A stretch of 64,000 nucleotides of DNA, taken from Thecamonas trahens ATCC 50062. Lineage: Eukaryota > Protista > Apusomonadida. The notes below the pieces were generated by a model. It searched no databases, was not told where the DNA came from, and was given only the letters and a program-made list of their open reading frames with translations. Location of the stretch: the NCBI RefSeq assembly GCF_000142905.1, contig NW_013657653.1, forward strand, positions 290,392 through 354,391. Direction: 5' to 3'. Positions within the stretch are counted from its first letter, which is position 1; each line of letters starts with the position of its first letter. Of this stretch, positions 62,401-64,000 are shown piece after piece. A program made the translations under genes and the position numbers.

Positions 62401-63815
62401 TCCACCGGGCGTCGCGACAGCTCGACACTATCAATCGGCTCGCCCAGCCGCGGCAGGCAAGCCGGGCGAGGGAGCGCGTGTCTGACGCGCGCGCGGCCTC
62501 GGCCCGGCCGCGTCGCAAGCGCAACTGGGAAGCCGAGTATCTGCGACGTAAGGCGTTGTCGGCGCGCGGGCCTGCCCCGCACGGAAAGGAGACCCGCCGT
62601 CCGCGACAGGCCACGCCGTCCTCACCGGAGCACCAGTACGAGTACGAGTACTTTGAGGAGGAGGTGACGTACACCGAGGCGTCGCTGGCAGGTGGCGAGA
62701 CGCCCGACTCGCCGGACTTGCGCAGTCACCGGCTCCGGGTCTCGGAGCTTGACGTTCCACGGCAAGTCTCGCCGCTGCACTCGGTTCCGGACGAGTACGG
62801 CCTGTACTCGGTGCCAACCGAGGATGGCGACGCCGAAGAGGCGGCCTATGCGTTGCTGGCGTCGCCGCAGGCCGGCGGCGATGACGTCGCTCGGGTGGTT
62901 ACCTTTGGCTCGGTCACGGCCGATGGTCACGACGAGGCTGAGACCGGAGCCGAGGCTGGCGCCGACGGCGATGAGACTAGCGGGGACGCTGGTAGCAATG
63001 AGTCGGACGGCGCTGATGCTATGAGCGGTGTGATCTCGAGCTCACCGCCCAAACCGCGACATGGAGATTCTGCAGTGGCTGTGCCGGCCGCCATCATCGA
63101 GATGCTTCCCGGTAGCGGGCTGTCTGTCGACGAGGTCCGGTCGCGAACGCGCTCGAATGCGGAGCTGTACGACCAGCACCCGTTCTCGTCGCCAACGCTG
63201 CACTCGGGGGCAACAACGTTTGCCCGGCCGGCGCATCGGCCTGTAGTTGACGGCATTGTCGTGGAGGGCAACCAGCCTGTGCCGTCGTCTGCGCTCGCGC
63301 TCGAGGCTCTGGTCGAGGAAGAGGTTGTCAAGTGGGCACCGGTCCGGATCAAGTCGAAAAAGTGCGGACCTGTTCACTCGCTGCGGTACCGGCGGCTGCG
63401 CCGGATTGTGATCTCGGTGGCGAGCAAGGAGTCTGAGACGGCGGTGCAGATTCTGGGCGTGTTTGCCTGTGTCGGAGGTAGCGTCAACGCGCGGCGGTTG
63501 TACGAGCTCGCGCTGGTCGAGCAGCAGTCGCCGGGAAGAGCCATCATTGGATGGGACAACCGCCTCGACAAGAAGATGTTTGGCGGAGTGTCGGCCAAGG
63601 GTGAGCGGTATCCGTTTACGCTTGTTGTCGACGTGCGGGTCGACGGGCACAAGGCGCCAGTGAGGCTGAGCAAGACGATCATGTGCAAAGTGTACGATAC
63701 AGACACTTCGTTCTCGTACCGGACTATGAGCGGATCCAGCAGCGGGACGTTCGAGGCTGTGGCGGGCGGGCACCCTGGCCGGGTGGTTGTCATGGTGCCG
63801 CCGGCCGAGGAATAG
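59418..63815 (+). CDS. Ankyrin repeat - coiled coil - RBD-like - DUF3694-like multidomain protein (5' end in gap)
   Basis: ANK: PLHYAAVGG, GYTPLYLAA, GATALHGAAMSG, GHTPRDYA. Long coiled coil. AKIHLPDTSVVVVPWQPKLLVSDLISSLVKRYEL is Raf-RBD-like. The C-terminus resembles the KIF1/KIF13/RABGAP1 DUF3694 region. Confidence 0.78.
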   Translation, partial: SLQATTDAANAFVQEATPALCMAAHQGLTEAVAVLLQHGADVAGEGQAGAPLHYAAVGGCVPVARYLLKAGADPMALARSGGYTPLYLAALHARLDMLRMLLGLVPAAHVGATMTNGATALHGAAMSGSLDVVAALLDAGADPNARSDRGHTPRDYAELSFPGNKALSEALGSGRGRTARGGEAPGAREVAGRDAAQGGRFVDAARIASGEAAALGELKYKYRPGGTDQARDEASARRRKAKSAKLARKHPREFFAQSARARRDSVQIETTLPGANYQSPYKASQLTRASHARATSADAKVSAIKFPTTREFLEGTSARDATQQQLLALRELKKAALAELDAVETDAEAIVRRQQAIQANLDALRDQDRALEAEAFAAAQKARRDREDAEAWRDAEENARAAHGLELHKRKTQLLANWDNQKAAIVRELQGEAWSTELELREHLERRQAAHRSHLEHTIAEAEAAYELRRAELDAKTRLERARKREEAQALADAARYRKATREATDAHEARLQAELADARRQHRAEAAALRRRIQHLESRQKHEGHEAEVRKRRVVSQQSKLDTLRDNLDAQDARVTANIIRSEQERLMERIARTEAKTARNMGKIEALNETTAAEIARQRSLTADHEAMHRAEADAAKSAWAAILDQEAAAFEAAKVRLVAKIRTQDDFSKELAELEALEDRAAARLARPVTFAPPERNADASAPPKRARTLAEQSMAAARLAVPRTVNESPPRQSTPGGGPAPSSPGRRSATPSRPRTERKRNWEAERASRIASGYTVPGEASPKGEADESAAAAGVRGFATASAAELAAKSAAVSSMAKSNRKTASAKIHLPDTSVVVVPWQPKLLVSDLISSLVKRYELEAQAAELMPGILDPAREPTLRSNARFRLVYGCSYALVDAASPLVVNKLLRLGKLANTTRLFTLQDVALLNAVAEADAVLDAADGDEPAADSVAAAARTAAVAAISAAERSPASTSASTSRSRSRRSARKSGIHRASRQLDTINRLAQPRQASRARERVSDARAASARPRRKRNWEAEYLRRKALSARGPAPHGKETRRPRQATPSSPEHQYEYEYFEEEVTYTEASLAGGETPDSPDLRSHRLRVSELDVPRQVSPLHSVPDEYGLYSVPTEDGDAEEAAYALLASPQAGGDDVARVVTFGSVTADGHDEAETGAEAGADGDETSGDAGSNESDGADAMSGVISSSPPKPRHGDSAVAVPAAIIEMLPGSGLSVDEVRSRTRSNAELYDQHPFSSPTLHSGATTFARPAHRPVVDGIVVEGNQPVPSSALALEALVEEEVVKWAPVRIKSKKCGPVHSLRYRRLRRIVISVASKESETAVQILGVFACVGGSVNARRLYELALVEQQSPGRAIIGWDNRLDKKMFGGVSAKGERYPFTLVVDVRVDGHKAPVRLSKTIMCKVYDTDTSFSYRTMSGSSSGTFEAVAGGHPGRVVVMVPPAEE

Positions 63816-63844
63816 CCGATAGCGCTACCGTAAAGTGGCAGCAG

Positions 63845-64000
63845 CTACGCGAGCTTGGGGTGGTGGATGGCGTGACGGAAAGCTTCGGCGCAGTTCAGGA
63901 AGACCGGCTGGACTTGCGGATAGAGGACCTGGAGCTTAGCGGCACGGTCGGCGTTTGTCGGGTGGGTGCGAAGGAGGGCAAAGCCGGAGCTCGGGGCGAT
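63845..64000 (-). CDS. 3' end of an M48 (Oma1/Ste24-like) metallopeptidase, partial
   Basis: Frame from 64000 reads IAPSSGFALLRTHPTNADRAAKLQVLYPQV...*, matching the M48 L.THP...R...L motif. Confidence 0.6.
   Translation of the reverse strand: MAPSSGFALLRTHPTNADRAAKLQVLYPQVQPVFLNCAEAFRHAIHHPKLA

Noticed and set aside
1-64000. Transposons, viral insertions, tRNA or rRNA genes
   Set aside because: No transposase, RT, integrase or capsid motifs, terminal repeats or structural-RNA signatures were recognised.

Overview
GC-rich, very gene-dense, intron-poor eukaryotic DNA from a draft assembly with seven N-gaps. Gene content (IFT38/CLUAP1, MPHOSPH9-like, LIM-kinase-like, p31comet, Nup188) and style suggest a flagellated amorphean protist such as an apusomonad (Thecamonas-like); this is inference. 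About 27 protein-coding loci can be supported. Several are missed or split by the ORF track: a Nup188-like gene with an FxFG-like N-terminal tail, spliced RCC1, CLUAP1, PEX11 and ankyrin-DH-PH genes, a 3-exon ubiquitin-fold gene and an ACR3 fragment. The main candidate for new biology is a ~2,800-aa protein (32060-40481, broken by two single-base frameshifts) that joins a long Ala/Leu-rich helical rod, a LERER repeat and ~18-20 paxillin-like LD motifs; an ANK-DH-PH-helical bundle protein and a LIMK-like kinase-LIM protein lie nearby. Other observations: all 11 convergent gene pairs end within 0-46 nt of each other, introns use a narrow GTRCG/ACTCAC grammar, a 28-bp minisatellite has higher-order structure, and single-base frameshifts recur in homopolymers (probably sequencing errors). 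All family assignments come from motif recall, not database searches. No rRNA, tRNA, CRISPR or recognisable transposon was found.
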